From NCBI GenBank assembly GCA_037441845.1, contig JBBIRK010000007.1:98575-162574 (forward strand): a stretch of DNA of 64,000 nt, written 5' to 3'. The notes under the pieces were generated by a model. That model was given only the letters and a program-made list of their open reading frames with translations. It was not told where the DNA came from and made no database searches. This DNA is from Candidatus Zixiibacteriota bacterium. GTDB lineage: Bacteria; Zixibacteria; MSB-5A5; UBA10806; 4484-95. Shown here piece after piece: positions 19,262-28,961 of this stretch. The first letter of the stretch is position 1, and each line of letters begins with the position of its first letter. The translations under genes were made by a program, and so were the position numbers.

Positions 19262-20358
19262 CGTCCGAGCTCCCGATAGATCGATATCAATTTCGGACCC
19301 TCGTTTTCCCACACGTATTTCGACCTCGCTGCAAGGCAAGCTTTGCGAGCGTTTTCCCTTTCGCCCTCCAAGAAAGCTCTCACCCTTTCCGGCTGAATCG
19401 GGTTATCCGATTCGAGCACGAGCCCGAGTTTGCCGCTTTCGACAATCTTTCGAGGGCCGGGAATGTCACTGACGATGGGCGGAACACCGGCGCAGATATA
19501 CTGGAAAAGTTTCTGCGGCAGCGCCAAACGATGATTTTCAGAAATCGGTTCAAGCAGCAGGAAACCGGCATCGGCCGCAGCCGTCCATGAAGACAGCTCC
19601 TGCGGCGGAATCATGCCGATAAAACGAACTCTATCGGCTATCCCGAGTTTCGCGGACGCAAATTCCAGTTCGCCTTTTATCGGGCCGTCTCCGATAATCA
19701 ACAACGCGGTTTCCGGCAATGCCGCGATTATTTTCAGACAATCGAACAGCCCCTGGCCTTTCCTCAAAACCCCTTGAAATACGATGACGTATTTTGCATC
19801 AATGCCGCAGGTCCGCCGTAGATCGATCGGTTTCCCAGGTATATCAGACCGAGCCAGATTCATGACCACCGCCGGTCGCGGAATTCGGTATATGGTCTGC
19901 AACCTCTCGGCGATAGCTTCGTTGACCGTAACCACGGCATCGGCACGTCGGATCAGTTTGCTTTCCAGGAACCCCCAAAAGCTTCTGGTCAGCGGGCGGT
20001 TTTTCAAGGCCAACAATCCGGTGTAAAATTCCCTTGACTCATAAAGGACTTTCGCGTTTTCGTCGGCGGATCGCACGGCCGCCCAGAGCGTATCGAGATC
20101 GACGGCGTGGCAGATGTCGGGCATGAACCTGCGGGCGATTTCGGCCGCTCGGATATTGTATTCGATGAACCGCCTTTTGCGCGAAGGCCAGGTGGGCTGC
20201 GGAATCTGATGGATTCCGGCTCCCTTGAAATCCGCCATCTTTCCTCCGGCGGCGGCGATTATTTCCAGTTCCCAGTGCTGCGATAATATATCCTCGCAGA
20301 TCAACTGCGCCCGCGAATCGTAATCGAATACGTTCAGGATAAAAAAAGCGATTCGCAC
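19258..20358 (-). CDS. Glycosyltransferase family 4 (GT-B)
   Basis: DSR, YESRE, ADAVVTVN, FQGVLRKGQG and PQKLFQYICAGVP. Likely start GTG 20358 with SD GGAG. Confidence 0.9.
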   Translation of the reverse strand: MRIAFFILNVFDYDSRAQLICEDILSQHWELEIIAAAGGKMADFKGAGIHQIPQPTWPSRKRRFIEYNIRAAEIARRFMPDICHAVDLDTLWAAVRSADENAKVLYESREFYTGLLALKNRPLTRSFWGFLESKLIRRADAVVTVNEAIAERLQTIYRIPRPAVVMNLARSDIPGKPIDLRRTCGIDAKYVIVFQGVLRKGQGLFDCLKIIAALPETALLIIGDGPIKGELEFASAKLGIADRVRFIGMIPPQELSSWTAAADAGFLLLEPISENHRLALPQKLFQYICAGVPPIVSDIPGPRKIVESGKLGLVLESDNPIQPERVRAFLEGERENARKACLAARSKYVWENEGPKLISIYRELGR

Positions 20359-21686
20359 CGGTTTCTCCAATAATGGTTGATTCGAGTCAACGGCGCTATA
20401 AAGGCGCCCACATCCCGGGAGCGTTCGAGCAACCTGAAATAGGTTTCCGACCATCCCCGATAATCGTGACCGTAAAAGGAGGTATTGTGCCAGTCGAGCA
20501 CCAGAAGTGCATGACTTTTAAGGCAGTCGTCGATCACTCGGTCGAGCGTCGATTCCGCAACGCCGGGTCGGTCGTCGCGATGCAGCGCGCAATCCATGAG
20601 GGATATCGGAAGCTCGAGCACGTCGATCGTTTCCGCCGTTTGAAAATCGACGCCGAAAAACGGAAATTCGAGGCCTGCCGCAAAACCTACGGCATTATCG
20701 GAGCCGAGCGAAGACGAATATGCGAAACCGCTCAAATTCCGCCAGAATTCCGGGAAACGACAATCGAGGAAATGAGGCCTTATTCCCGTTACATCGCAAT
20801 CGAAAATATCGCGCAGATGTTCTTTCGCGAAGGACAGCTTTTCGGGATCATCGCCGGTGCCTATGCCGTTATGCAAAGCAATTTCGAATCTGTTACCGGC
20901 TGCGGCGCCCAATACTTTGCGTAGTTCTTCGGCGCGATAGGTCGGATCCCGTGGATCGTTTCTGCCGCCGGCGAAAGCGAAAATGGTAGCCCCTTCCAAT
21001 ACGTCCAAAATCCTGACGAACCGGTGATAGGGATTCGGACGGCCGAGAAGCGATGACGCCAGAGAATCGGCGAAACCGGCCAGAGCGCCCCCTATGCCTC
21101 CCGGCAGACCCCGACCGTAAAGCGAACGGGCGATCAATTTCAACCCTCCAAGAGGTCTGCGCCGCAAAATGTCGATATCGAAACTTAAGCCGAGCGCAAA
21201 CGGCGCTTGTTTCGGCCAGGGGGATCGAATCACGAATTCCGATGGAAGTTTCCCCGTCGCCTTGAGCCATCGACAGAAAAACTCAGCATATCCGTGGAAT
21301 TCGGGAGGCCGATATTCGGCTGACACCCCGCCTTGCCCGTAGGCACGGTCATCTTTAAGTCTTCCCGCAAGTCTTGCAAAAATCGCCGCCGGCAGATCGA
21401 ACGAAAGCCGGCGTTCGCCCAGAGAAATCGGCAAGTCGGCCATTTCCTGCGGCAAGTGGATATTCGATTCGGTATGCAGATAGTATTTCCGATCTTGAAG
21501 CGGATCGATGTCGGTGACAGGAATAAGGTCGGCCGTTGTGTCGGCTGTATCGCCATACACCATATCCGGATTTTCCTGGTCGTAACGCATTTTAATGCCG
21601 GTGACGGACGACAGTAGATTGAGGACGTAAATCGCCCGTTGTCTTGGCGGTCCCTCGGCCTCGATCTTAACTTTCAGCTCAAACAT
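20334..21686 (-). CDS. Polysaccharide deacetylase-like (CE4-related) protein with N-terminal extension (VimE-type architecture)
   Basis: SFDID, EIALH, GIRPHFL, YSSSLG, ELPISLMD and LDWHN, typical of the deacetylase-like family found in LPS/glycan loci. Confidence 0.75.
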   Translation of the reverse strand: MFELKVKIEAEGPPRQRAIYVLNLLSSVTGIKMRYDQENPDMVYGDTADTTADLIPVTDIDPLQDRKYYLHTESNIHLPQEMADLPISLGERRLSFDLPAAIFARLAGRLKDDRAYGQGGVSAEYRPPEFHGYAEFFCRWLKATGKLPSEFVIRSPWPKQAPFALGLSFDIDILRRRPLGGLKLIARSLYGRGLPGGIGGALAGFADSLASSLLGRPNPYHRFVRILDVLEGATIFAFAGGRNDPRDPTYRAEELRKVLGAAAGNRFEIALHNGIGTGDDPEKLSFAKEHLRDIFDCDVTGIRPHFLDCRFPEFWRNLSGFAYSSSLGSDNAVGFAAGLEFPFFGVDFQTAETIDVLELPISLMDCALHRDDRPGVAESTLDRVIDDCLKSHALLVLDWHNTSFYGHDYRGWSETYFRLLERSRDVGAFIAPLTRINHYWRNRCESLFLS

Positions 21687-22638
21687 TTCTCCTGCCGCGA
21701 AATTTCATGAGGGAGCGATACAGGTTCCCTCTAAAACTGAATCTGCGCTCGATTTCATAATGACTTACTTGAGTCGGACCGAACGATCTTTTGAAATCGG
21801 CCACCGCGGGAACATCGCCCCCGCAGAGATCCCAAAGCTGCACTCCCCGATCAAAATGATCTCGGCCGATATGAAGCATGAGAAATTGGTTTACTCCGAG
21901 CGGATGATACTCCGGCAGAGATCCGGCCAGCCAGTCATAGGCGAAACGCCCATATCTCAATTGAGCCCTAAATGCGACCGGCACACCTTGCACTTTCGCC
22001 ACGAAAATTTTTATCAGACCCCGATCATCGAGATTTTCTATCCAGCGGTGAAGAATGGAATCATCGACCGGCGGTTTCAACTTGTGTCTGGCGAAAGTAG
22101 CCCGATAAATCGCCCGGGGGAATTCTTTTACTTGTTCGATTTCGATTCCCGATCGGGCCGCCTTGTTAAGTTTGTTTTTCACGTCATCGGTGCAGCGGTC
22201 TCTCAACGTTTCGAAGGCGGCCGGTTCCAATCTGAAAGTAACCCTTTTTCTGCGCAGCCATCGGTCGTCGATAAAATCCCCCTCGGTTTCCGGAACCAGC
22301 GAGAAAACCGCCAGATCGAAATGGTCTGATAGATATGAATCGATCGCCTCCCAACATTCCCGAGGCTTGCCGTGAATTAAAGGGCCGTAATATTGAAAAT
22401 GGTGGGGGATCGTGCAGCTTTTTATGGCAGGGCGTGCTTTCACGACGAGATTCGCGATCCCCAGCGGCTCGCTTCCATCGAGAATAACTATCGGATGCAC
22501 CTTAAGACCGAGTATCGCCGCCGATAAAACGAGAAAATCGTAATCATAAAATATCGAACCGACAAAATCAGGAAATCCCGAAACAGCTTGACGGTACAAT
22601 TCCGGATCTTCTGAAATCAGCTTATTGTTTCGCAGCAA
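21679..22638 (-). CDS. FemAB-like / GNAT (Acetyltransf_6-type) acyl- or aminoacyl-transferase
   Basis: PHHFQYYGP, KNKLNKAARSGI, AYDWLAGS and WDLCGG…ADFKRSFG. Confidence 0.8.
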   Translation of the reverse strand: MLRNNKLISEDPELYRQAVSGFPDFVGSIFYDYDFLVLSAAILGLKVHPIVILDGSEPLGIANLVVKARPAIKSCTIPHHFQYYGPLIHGKPRECWEAIDSYLSDHFDLAVFSLVPETEGDFIDDRWLRRKRVTFRLEPAAFETLRDRCTDDVKNKLNKAARSGIEIEQVKEFPRAIYRATFARHKLKPPVDDSILHRWIENLDDRGLIKIFVAKVQGVPVAFRAQLRYGRFAYDWLAGSLPEYHPLGVNQFLMLHIGRDHFDRGVQLWDLCGGDVPAVADFKRSFGPTQVSHYEIERRFSFRGNLYRSLMKFRGRRNV

Positions 22639-22640
22639 GA

Positions 22641-24863
22641 CTATCTGATCACTGCCACTTTTGCAATTCCAGAATTGTTTTCGGCCTTGACGTGGATAAA
22701 ATAGATTCCCGCCGAAACGGGAGAGCCGCTTTCATTTGTCAGATCCCACGAACTGTTGGATCCACCGTATTCGAATCGCTTTACCAGATCGCCGGAAACC
22801 GAATAAATCGATATCTGCGATTCGGCGGGAACACGCAAGAACGAAATTCGAGTCTGGCCCAATCTGACGTTGGCCGGATTAGGATAGACGGCCACGTCGT
22901 TCAGATCCAGCGAGGGACGGGCGATCCCCGATTCGAAAACCGATAATCCGCCTTCGGTTCCGATATAAACGATTCCGGTTCGAGTATCGATTTCGATATG
23001 GCGTACGGCATTGGACAATAGCGGCGAATTGGTGGTCTTAAACGTATAAAGCCAGCTCGGATTGTTGCGATTGAAATTGCCCGGCATCACCACCACGCCG
23101 GAATCGCAGCCCACCCAGATATTACCGATCCCGTCGATTTCCAGGGAATAAACTGTGCTCCGGTAACCATCCGGCAGCTCGATCATCAAAGTATCCTCGA
23201 ACGCGAAACTGTAATAGAGCAAGCCGAATGAACCTCCTGCGAATAATCCTTCATTTTCCACGATCGCCATGGCGAAGACGCCGACCGCGCTCACTATCAA
23301 GCCATGCCAGACGTCATCGGCGGTCGAAAAGGGATCGGTTCCACGATCAAGAAAGTGCACTCCCGCCCGGCCGCCGATAAACAAATTGTTTCCGCTGGCA
23401 AGGATTTCGAATACACCGTTGTCGGGCACCTGCTGGCTGTTTTCGTAATATGGCTGCCAGACCGAGTCCACTGGATCGAATCCAGCCATCACCAACACCG
23501 GACCGCCCGGTTGCGGGCTTACGGCGTCGAGATTCAACGCCCAAACATTTCCCTGATAATCGAATGTAACATCGGGAATGGCCACATAATAGGGACCGTT
23601 AATCACACCCTGAAATGGACTGTTGGTTTGGTTATAATTGATCCACTGTTGTGAATCAAAAGAATACAGCCCGTCACCCCAGCTTCCGGTCCAAAGCATA
23701 TTATTGTGTGCGTCGTATTCAACGCAATAAGCGCCATTCGAGCGCAACCCCGAATTGGTATAATCGTAGATCCGCCAATCGAGACCATCAAAGCGGGATA
23801 TGCCGGCGCTGAAATGAGTCAACCATAGATTGCCGATGGAGTCGATTGCGATATCGTAGATGATATTGGCGGCCGGCCCTGGGACCCTGTAGGGTGTCCA
23901 ATAGGTTCCCGTTAATCGGGCAAGCCCGCCGCCATCGAACGCCGCCCACACTCGTCCGCTGTCGTCGAATGCGATTCCTTTGGCATTAGTCGAAATGAGA
24001 CCGTCGGTCGGGAGCAACTCCCAGCCGGACTCGCGGCGACGATATATCCCCTGGCCCGTGGCGGCGTAAAGCGTATCCCAATAAATTTCGAGATCGAATA
24101 TTATCTGCCCCGTCAGACCGATATTCAGCCAGGTCGAATCGGGCTGAAAGCTGAATACGCCATCGGCCGACCCGGCGAATACACTGTCGGTCGTTCCGGC
24201 GATCGAAAATATACGGGCGTTAGTCAAACCCGCTTGATTGCGGCGATACGACGTCCATGTTTGAGGGTCTTGTGGAAGATTGTTGTCGGTATGGGTGAAC
24301 GCCAAACCGCTGTCGCTTCCGGCCCAGATAATCCCATCGAGCACACGCACCGCCCTGACCGCGGTTTCGGGCGGTATCTGCCCAAGGCGAGAGGCTATAT
24401 CCTGAAACTCCCCGCCGTTGCGATTGGAAAGGAACCTGCCGATCCCGATGTCGGTGGCCACCCACAGCGTGTCCCCGGAGGGAGCGATATCGTTCAGATT
24501 ATATTTGATTTCTCCGGTGTAGCGAAATTGATAAATCACGATGTTTCCGCTGGAATCCATCCTGGTCAGGGTTCCGTTTGAACCGCCTATGAATAGATCG
24601 CCGGCGGCGTCGAATTCGACCGCCCTGATGACCACATCGCCGAGCCCTTCGGAATTGAGATATTTCCTCAATTCTCCCGAGAGGATGTCATATCGAATGA
24701 GCCCTCCGATGGTCCCGCAATATATCACCCGGCCGTTGGAGGCGATCGCCTGGCCGTTATCTGAATAAGTATAGTTATGCCAATCGCCAATTCCGGCTTC
24801 GGCGACAGCACCTATGCACGGGATTATGAAAAGGACAACTACGATCAACAATGACAATCGCAT
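22641..24863 (-). CDS. PorZ-like protein: signal peptide, two Reg_prop-type beta-propellers and T9SS-type CTD
   Basis: IGDWHNYT start, repeated propeller blades (…IWAGSDSGL, NLWLT, NSPLLSNAVRHIEID.RTGIVYIGTEGGL), VAVYPNP CTD ending AGIYFIH…AKVAVIR; ~740 aa, similar to PorZ. Confidence 0.72.
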   Translation of the reverse strand: MRLSLLIVVVLFIIPCIGAVAEAGIGDWHNYTYSDNGQAIASNGRVIYCGTIGGLIRYDILSGELRKYLNSEGLGDVVIRAVEFDAAGDLFIGGSNGTLTRMDSSGNIVIYQFRYTGEIKYNLNDIAPSGDTLWVATDIGIGRFLSNRNGGEFQDIASRLGQIPPETAVRAVRVLDGIIWAGSDSGLAFTHTDNNLPQDPQTWTSYRRNQAGLTNARIFSIAGTTDSVFAGSADGVFSFQPDSTWLNIGLTGQIIFDLEIYWDTLYAATGQGIYRRRESGWELLPTDGLISTNAKGIAFDDSGRVWAAFDGGGLARLTGTYWTPYRVPGPAANIIYDIAIDSIGNLWLTHFSAGISRFDGLDWRIYDYTNSGLRSNGAYCVEYDAHNNMLWTGSWGDGLYSFDSQQWINYNQTNSPFQGVINGPYYVAIPDVTFDYQGNVWALNLDAVSPQPGGPVLVMAGFDPVDSVWQPYYENSQQVPDNGVFEILASGNNLFIGGRAGVHFLDRGTDPFSTADDVWHGLIVSAVGVFAMAIVENEGLFAGGSFGLLYYSFAFEDTLMIELPDGYRSTVYSLEIDGIGNIWVGCDSGVVVMPGNFNRNNPSWLYTFKTTNSPLLSNAVRHIEIDTRTGIVYIGTEGGLSVFESGIARPSLDLNDVAVYPNPANVRLGQTRISFLRVPAESQISIYSVSGDLVKRFEYGGSNSSWDLTNESGSPVSAGIYFIHVKAENNSGIAKVAVIR

Positions 24864-24864
24864 T

Positions 24865-26370
24865 TTATTTATTATACCCATCTTTTCTTAAAATGGCAAC
24901 CCCTAACATTGTTCCCGAGAAAAGCAGGCATAGCCGGGGAAGCCAATCGCCGAATCGATTGTAAAAGCTGGTCGATTTCACCGGGGCGATAGTCCCGACA
25001 ATCAATTTTTTTTCGAACGTGCCGGTTTCGGCCAGAGTTCGGCCGTATTTATCTATTATCATCGAAACGCCGGTATTGGCGCAGCGCAATACGGGCACGC
25101 GGTTTTCGATCGCCCGAAAAACCGACATTTGGGCGTGCTGATAGGGAAGCGACGAGGGTCCGAACCACATATCGTTGGTGATCACCACCAAAAAACGGGC
25201 TCCGCGGCGGCAAAATTCGGCGCAATATCCGGGAAACGCCGATTCGAAACAGATCACCGTGCCGAATTCGTAATCGCGGTTTCGGAAAATAACCATCTCC
25301 CTTCCCGAGGAAAAATCGGCCTGCCCGAGATGGATATCTTTCAGTTTTTTGAACCGCCCCGAGAACGGAATTCGTTCGCTGACCGGCACCAATTTGATTT
25401 TCGAATAAAGCTGGACCGAATCAATGGTCGGGGATAACAAGGCGGCCGAATTGAAATATATATATTCGTTTTCTCCGGACCTTTCATATTGCGGTAATCC
25501 CGTCAGCAGATCGATTTTCAAGAAGCTCAGCAATTTTTGCAGAGAAAAAAGCTTCTCGGCATCGTGTAATAGATAAAAAGGCATCGCCGTCTCCGGCCAG
25601 ATGACCAGCTGCGCCCCCGAATCTGCGGCCTGCTTGGTCAGATCGAGATAGGTTGAATAGCTGAATTGCACCCCTTCCTTTTCCCATTTGACGTCGGGGC
25701 CGATATTCCCCTGAGCGATCGCCACCCGGTAGCTTCCTGCGACCTCCTCGGCAGGCAAACGGAACAGCCCATACAGATAAAACAGCAGCGGCAGAACCAC
25801 AGCCGATATTATCAAGCCGATTTTCAATCGCAAGCGAGGGCCGGCCATGAACAACATGAAAAACAATATCGAATTCACCATATAAACCATAAGCGAAACC
25901 CCATAGACACCCAACAGCTCCGCTATCTGGATCAAGGGCAGATAATAAACTTGGGTATAGCCTAAATCTCCCCACGGAAAATTCAGCTCGGTCAAGGTCC
26001 GCAGATATTCCCAGCCCACCCAGAGCGCCGGCCAGATCGTCAATCCGATAACGCGGTTTTTCGCCGATGCTTTAGAGAATAACCAGGCGTTGAACGCCGG
26101 CAACAAGGCGATCACCGCGAGCATTCCGATCGTTCCGGGAATGGTCGCCCAGAAAACGCCATAGAGCAAAGCCAAATTGTAGGTCAGGCCCCAGATATAC
26201 CCCAATCCGAACGCCTGCTTTCCCTTCGTTCCCGAAAGCGCATACAAAAAGGGGATGAAAGAAACGTAAGCGATGAATCCGAGGGGGTAAGGCGGATAAG
26301 CAAGAGCAGTCAATAGCGCGGAAAGAACCGCCGAAATTATTCTTCTTAAATCACTGCCCGGGAGGGGAAT
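24865..26370 (-). CDS. lnt: Apolipoprotein N-acyltransferase (probable ATT start at 26370)
   Basis: ALAYPP, FPWGDLGY, nitrilase triad motifs WPET, KIKLVP and ICFES, plus TNDMWFG, RAIENR and NTGVS. Confidence 0.95.
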   Translation of the reverse strand: MPLPGSDLRRIISAVLSALLTALAYPPYPLGFIAYVSFIPFLYALSGTKGKQAFGLGYIWGLTYNLALLYGVFWATIPGTIGMLAVIALLPAFNAWLFSKASAKNRVIGLTIWPALWVGWEYLRTLTELNFPWGDLGYTQVYYLPLIQIAELLGVYGVSLMVYMVNSILFFMLFMAGPRLRLKIGLIISAVVLPLLFYLYGLFRLPAEEVAGSYRVAIAQGNIGPDVKWEKEGVQFSYSTYLDLTKQAADSGAQLVIWPETAMPFYLLHDAEKLFSLQKLLSFLKIDLLTGLPQYERSGENEYIYFNSAALLSPTIDSVQLYSKIKLVPVSERIPFSGRFKKLKDIHLGQADFSSGREMVIFRNRDYEFGTVICFESAFPGYCAEFCRRGARFLVVITNDMWFGPSSLPYQHAQMSVFRAIENRVPVLRCANTGVSMIIDKYGRTLAETGTFEKKLIVGTIAPVKSTSFYNRFGDWLPRLCLLFSGTMLGVAILRKDGYNK

Positions 26371-26380
26371 TTCGCCCTCC

Positions 26381-27934
26381 TTAATAAGATTCGGCGATCA
26401 ACGATACGCCGCTCATAGCAGATGGCTTTTCGATACCGAGAAACTCGAGCATGGTAGGGGCGACATCCGCCAGCACTCCGCCTTCTTTTAGCCGAACATT
26501 CAGGCCGTCGGCTATCAATACAAACGGCACCGGCGACGTGGTATGCGCCGTAAACGGTTTTCCGTCCGGTTCTTTCATGATATCGGCATTGCCGTGATCG
26601 GCGGTCAGCATGACCATGCCGCCCTTGGCGAAAACGGCTTCGATAACCTTGCCGATACAGGTATCGACGGTCTCGACGGCTTTTACGGCGGCATCATAAT
26701 CGCCGGTGTGTCCCACCATATCGCAATTTGCGTAATTCAGGATTATCACATCGTAGGCATCGGAATCGATTCGCTTAAGCACTTCGTCAGTCACCTCATA
26801 AGCCGACATCTCCGGTTTCAGGTCGTAGGTGGCCACTTTCGGCGAGGGGATCAACACTCTTTCTTCGCCGGCATACGATTTTTCGACCCCGCCGTTGAAA
26901 AAGAAAGTGACGTGCGGATATTTTTCCGTTTCCGCTATTTTCAATTGACGTAGCCCTTTTTCGGAGACGATCTGGGGAAATATCTGATCGAGCTTTTGCT
27001 GCGGAAAAGCGACTTCGGCTTTCAAATCCACATCGAAAAGAGTCATAGAAACCAAGTGCACTATCGCTTTGGGCTGCCGTGGGAAAAAGTCGAAGTCATC
27101 TTCGGTCAAGGCGCGACAGATTTGGCGGGCACGATCAGCCCGGAAATTGAAAAAGATCACGCTGTCGCCGCTTCTGATCAGGCCGTTTTTTTCGGTCGTC
27201 CCCCTCTTGATTATGGGCTCCATGAATTCGTCGGTGTTGTCTTTTTCGTAATGCGCCTTGATAGTCCGCGTCAGATCGTCGGAGATTTCGCCTTTGCCGG
27301 CGCACATAAGGTCATAGGCGACCTGGGTCCGCTGCCAACGTTTGTCTCTATCCATCGCGTAATATCGCCCCACCACGGTAGCCAGCCGGCCGACTCTGAT
27401 CGCCGCGCATCGTCGTTCGAGTTCGGCGACGAAATCGGCACCGGCGAAAGGAGAGGTGTCGCGGCCATCGAGAAACGCATGGATAAAGACTCTATCGAGA
27501 TTTTGAGAGCGGGCGAGTTTAAGCAGGGCATAAAGGTGTTTTTCCGAGGAATGGACGCAGCCGTCCGAGAGAAGCCCCAACAGGTGTAAGGATTTTCCTG
27601 TTTGCTTGGCTCTGCTTATGGCTTCGAGGAACGCTTTATTGGTGAAAAAATCTCCATCTTTGATAGATTTATCGATTCTGGTGACTTCCTGATAGACGAT
27701 CCTGCCGGCGCCGAAATTGAGATGGCCGACTTCCGAATTGCCCATTTGCCCCTCAGGCAGGCCGACCGAAAGCCCGGAGGCGCCGAGTTGCGTGTGAGGG
27801 TAATGTTCCCAATAGCGATCGAAATTCGGTTTGCGGGCGGCCCGTACCGCATTGAAATAATCCGAATCGGTCAGGCCAAAGCCGTCCATGATCAATAGAA
27901 CGATAGGACGGTATTTATGCGGTTTGCCGCCCAT
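26381..27934 (-). CDS. gpmI: 2,3-bisphosphoglycerate-independent phosphoglycerate mutase
   Basis: GQMGNSEVGH, DGRD, GRYYAMDRD, AETEKYPHVTFF, DMVGHTG and TADHGN. Confidence 0.98.
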   Translation of the reverse strand: MGGKPHKYRPIVLLIMDGFGLTDSDYFNAVRAARKPNFDRYWEHYPHTQLGASGLSVGLPEGQMGNSEVGHLNFGAGRIVYQEVTRIDKSIKDGDFFTNKAFLEAISRAKQTGKSLHLLGLLSDGCVHSSEKHLYALLKLARSQNLDRVFIHAFLDGRDTSPFAGADFVAELERRCAAIRVGRLATVVGRYYAMDRDKRWQRTQVAYDLMCAGKGEISDDLTRTIKAHYEKDNTDEFMEPIIKRGTTEKNGLIRSGDSVIFFNFRADRARQICRALTEDDFDFFPRQPKAIVHLVSMTLFDVDLKAEVAFPQQKLDQIFPQIVSEKGLRQLKIAETEKYPHVTFFFNGGVEKSYAGEERVLIPSPKVATYDLKPEMSAYEVTDEVLKRIDSDAYDVIILNYANCDMVGHTGDYDAAVKAVETVDTCIGKVIEAVFAKGGMVMLTADHGNADIMKEPDGKPFTAHTTSPVPFVLIADGLNVRLKEGGVLADVAPTMLEFLGIEKPSAMSGVSLIAESY

Positions 27935-28961
27935 CTTTCAGGATCACCTTTCGCGGGCCTTTTTTGCAAGACCCGATCACCACGGCGTCTGCGTCTTTGC
28001 AGGAATCCATCACTACCTTAACGTCCTTTCGATCGCAAATCAGGACGATGCCGATCCCCATATTAAAAACTCGATACATTTCTTCATCGGTAATTCCGCC
28101 CCAATTCTGAATGGCTCGAAAAATCAAGGGGACGTTCCAAGAGCGGATGTCGATTTCGGCGGCCAGTCCATCCGGAATTATTCTTGCTATGTTGCCCTCG
28201 AACCCGCCGCCGGTTATGTGAGCTATCCCTTTCAACAAGCGGCGATCGAGCAAAGGTTCGATTGCCGGCAGATATGAACGGTGGATTTTCATCAACTCGG
28301 AATAAATTTCGCTTCCGGTTTCGGGAATCATATCGCCCATTTTCAGTCCGGCCTTATCCAACAAAACCGTCCTGGCCAGCGTATAGCCGTTGGTGTGAAG
28401 GCCGTTGGAGGCGAGCCCCACAATCAGGTCTCCGTCGGAGATCGTCGAGCCGTCTATGAGATTTTTTCGCGATACCTGGCCCACGATGAATCCAGCCAAA
28501 TCGTATTCGCCGTCGGCATAGAACCCGGGCATCTGGGCGGTTTCGCCGCCGAGCAACGCCAAACCGTTTTGCCGGCAAGCCCGGCTGAGTCCATCTATAA
28601 TTTGCAAGGCGACTTCCTCACCTACCCGGCCATAGGCGAGGTAATCGAAAAAGAACAGCGGACGGGCTCCGCAGCAAAGGATATCATTGACGAGATGATT
28701 GACCAGATCCTGTCCGACCGTGTCATGCTTTCCCGAGGCGAACGCCAATTTCAATTTGGTTCCGACTCCATCGGCCGAGCCGACCAGAAGTATATCGCTA
28801 TGTGCAAGTTCGGATAGTGAATAAACGCCGCCGAACCCCCCCGGTTGGCCGATCACCGAATCGGTGTGCGTCCGCCGTATAAGGCTTTGCATTTTCGCCT
28901 TTAATCTGTCGGCGGCGGTGATATTTACGCCGGCTCGGGCGTAGCTCGAGGCTTCATCCAT
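27915..28961 (-). CDS. purM: Phosphoribosylformylglycinamidine cyclo-ligase (AIR synthetase)
   Basis: YARAGVN, DGVGTK, GGETAQMPG, SNGLHTNG, HITGGG and FNMGIG. Confidence 0.97.
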   Translation of the reverse strand: MDEASSYARAGVNITAADRLKAKMQSLIRRTHTDSVIGQPGGFGGVYSLSELAHSDILLVGSADGVGTKLKLAFASGKHDTVGQDLVNHLVNDILCCGARPLFFFDYLAYGRVGEEVALQIIDGLSRACRQNGLALLGGETAQMPGFYADGEYDLAGFIVGQVSRKNLIDGSTISDGDLIVGLASNGLHTNGYTLARTVLLDKAGLKMGDMIPETGSEIYSELMKIHRSYLPAIEPLLDRRLLKGIAHITGGGFEGNIARIIPDGLAAEIDIRSWNVPLIFRAIQNWGGITDEEMYRVFNMGIGIVLICDRKDVKVVMDSCKDADAVVIGSCKKGPRKVILKDGRQTA

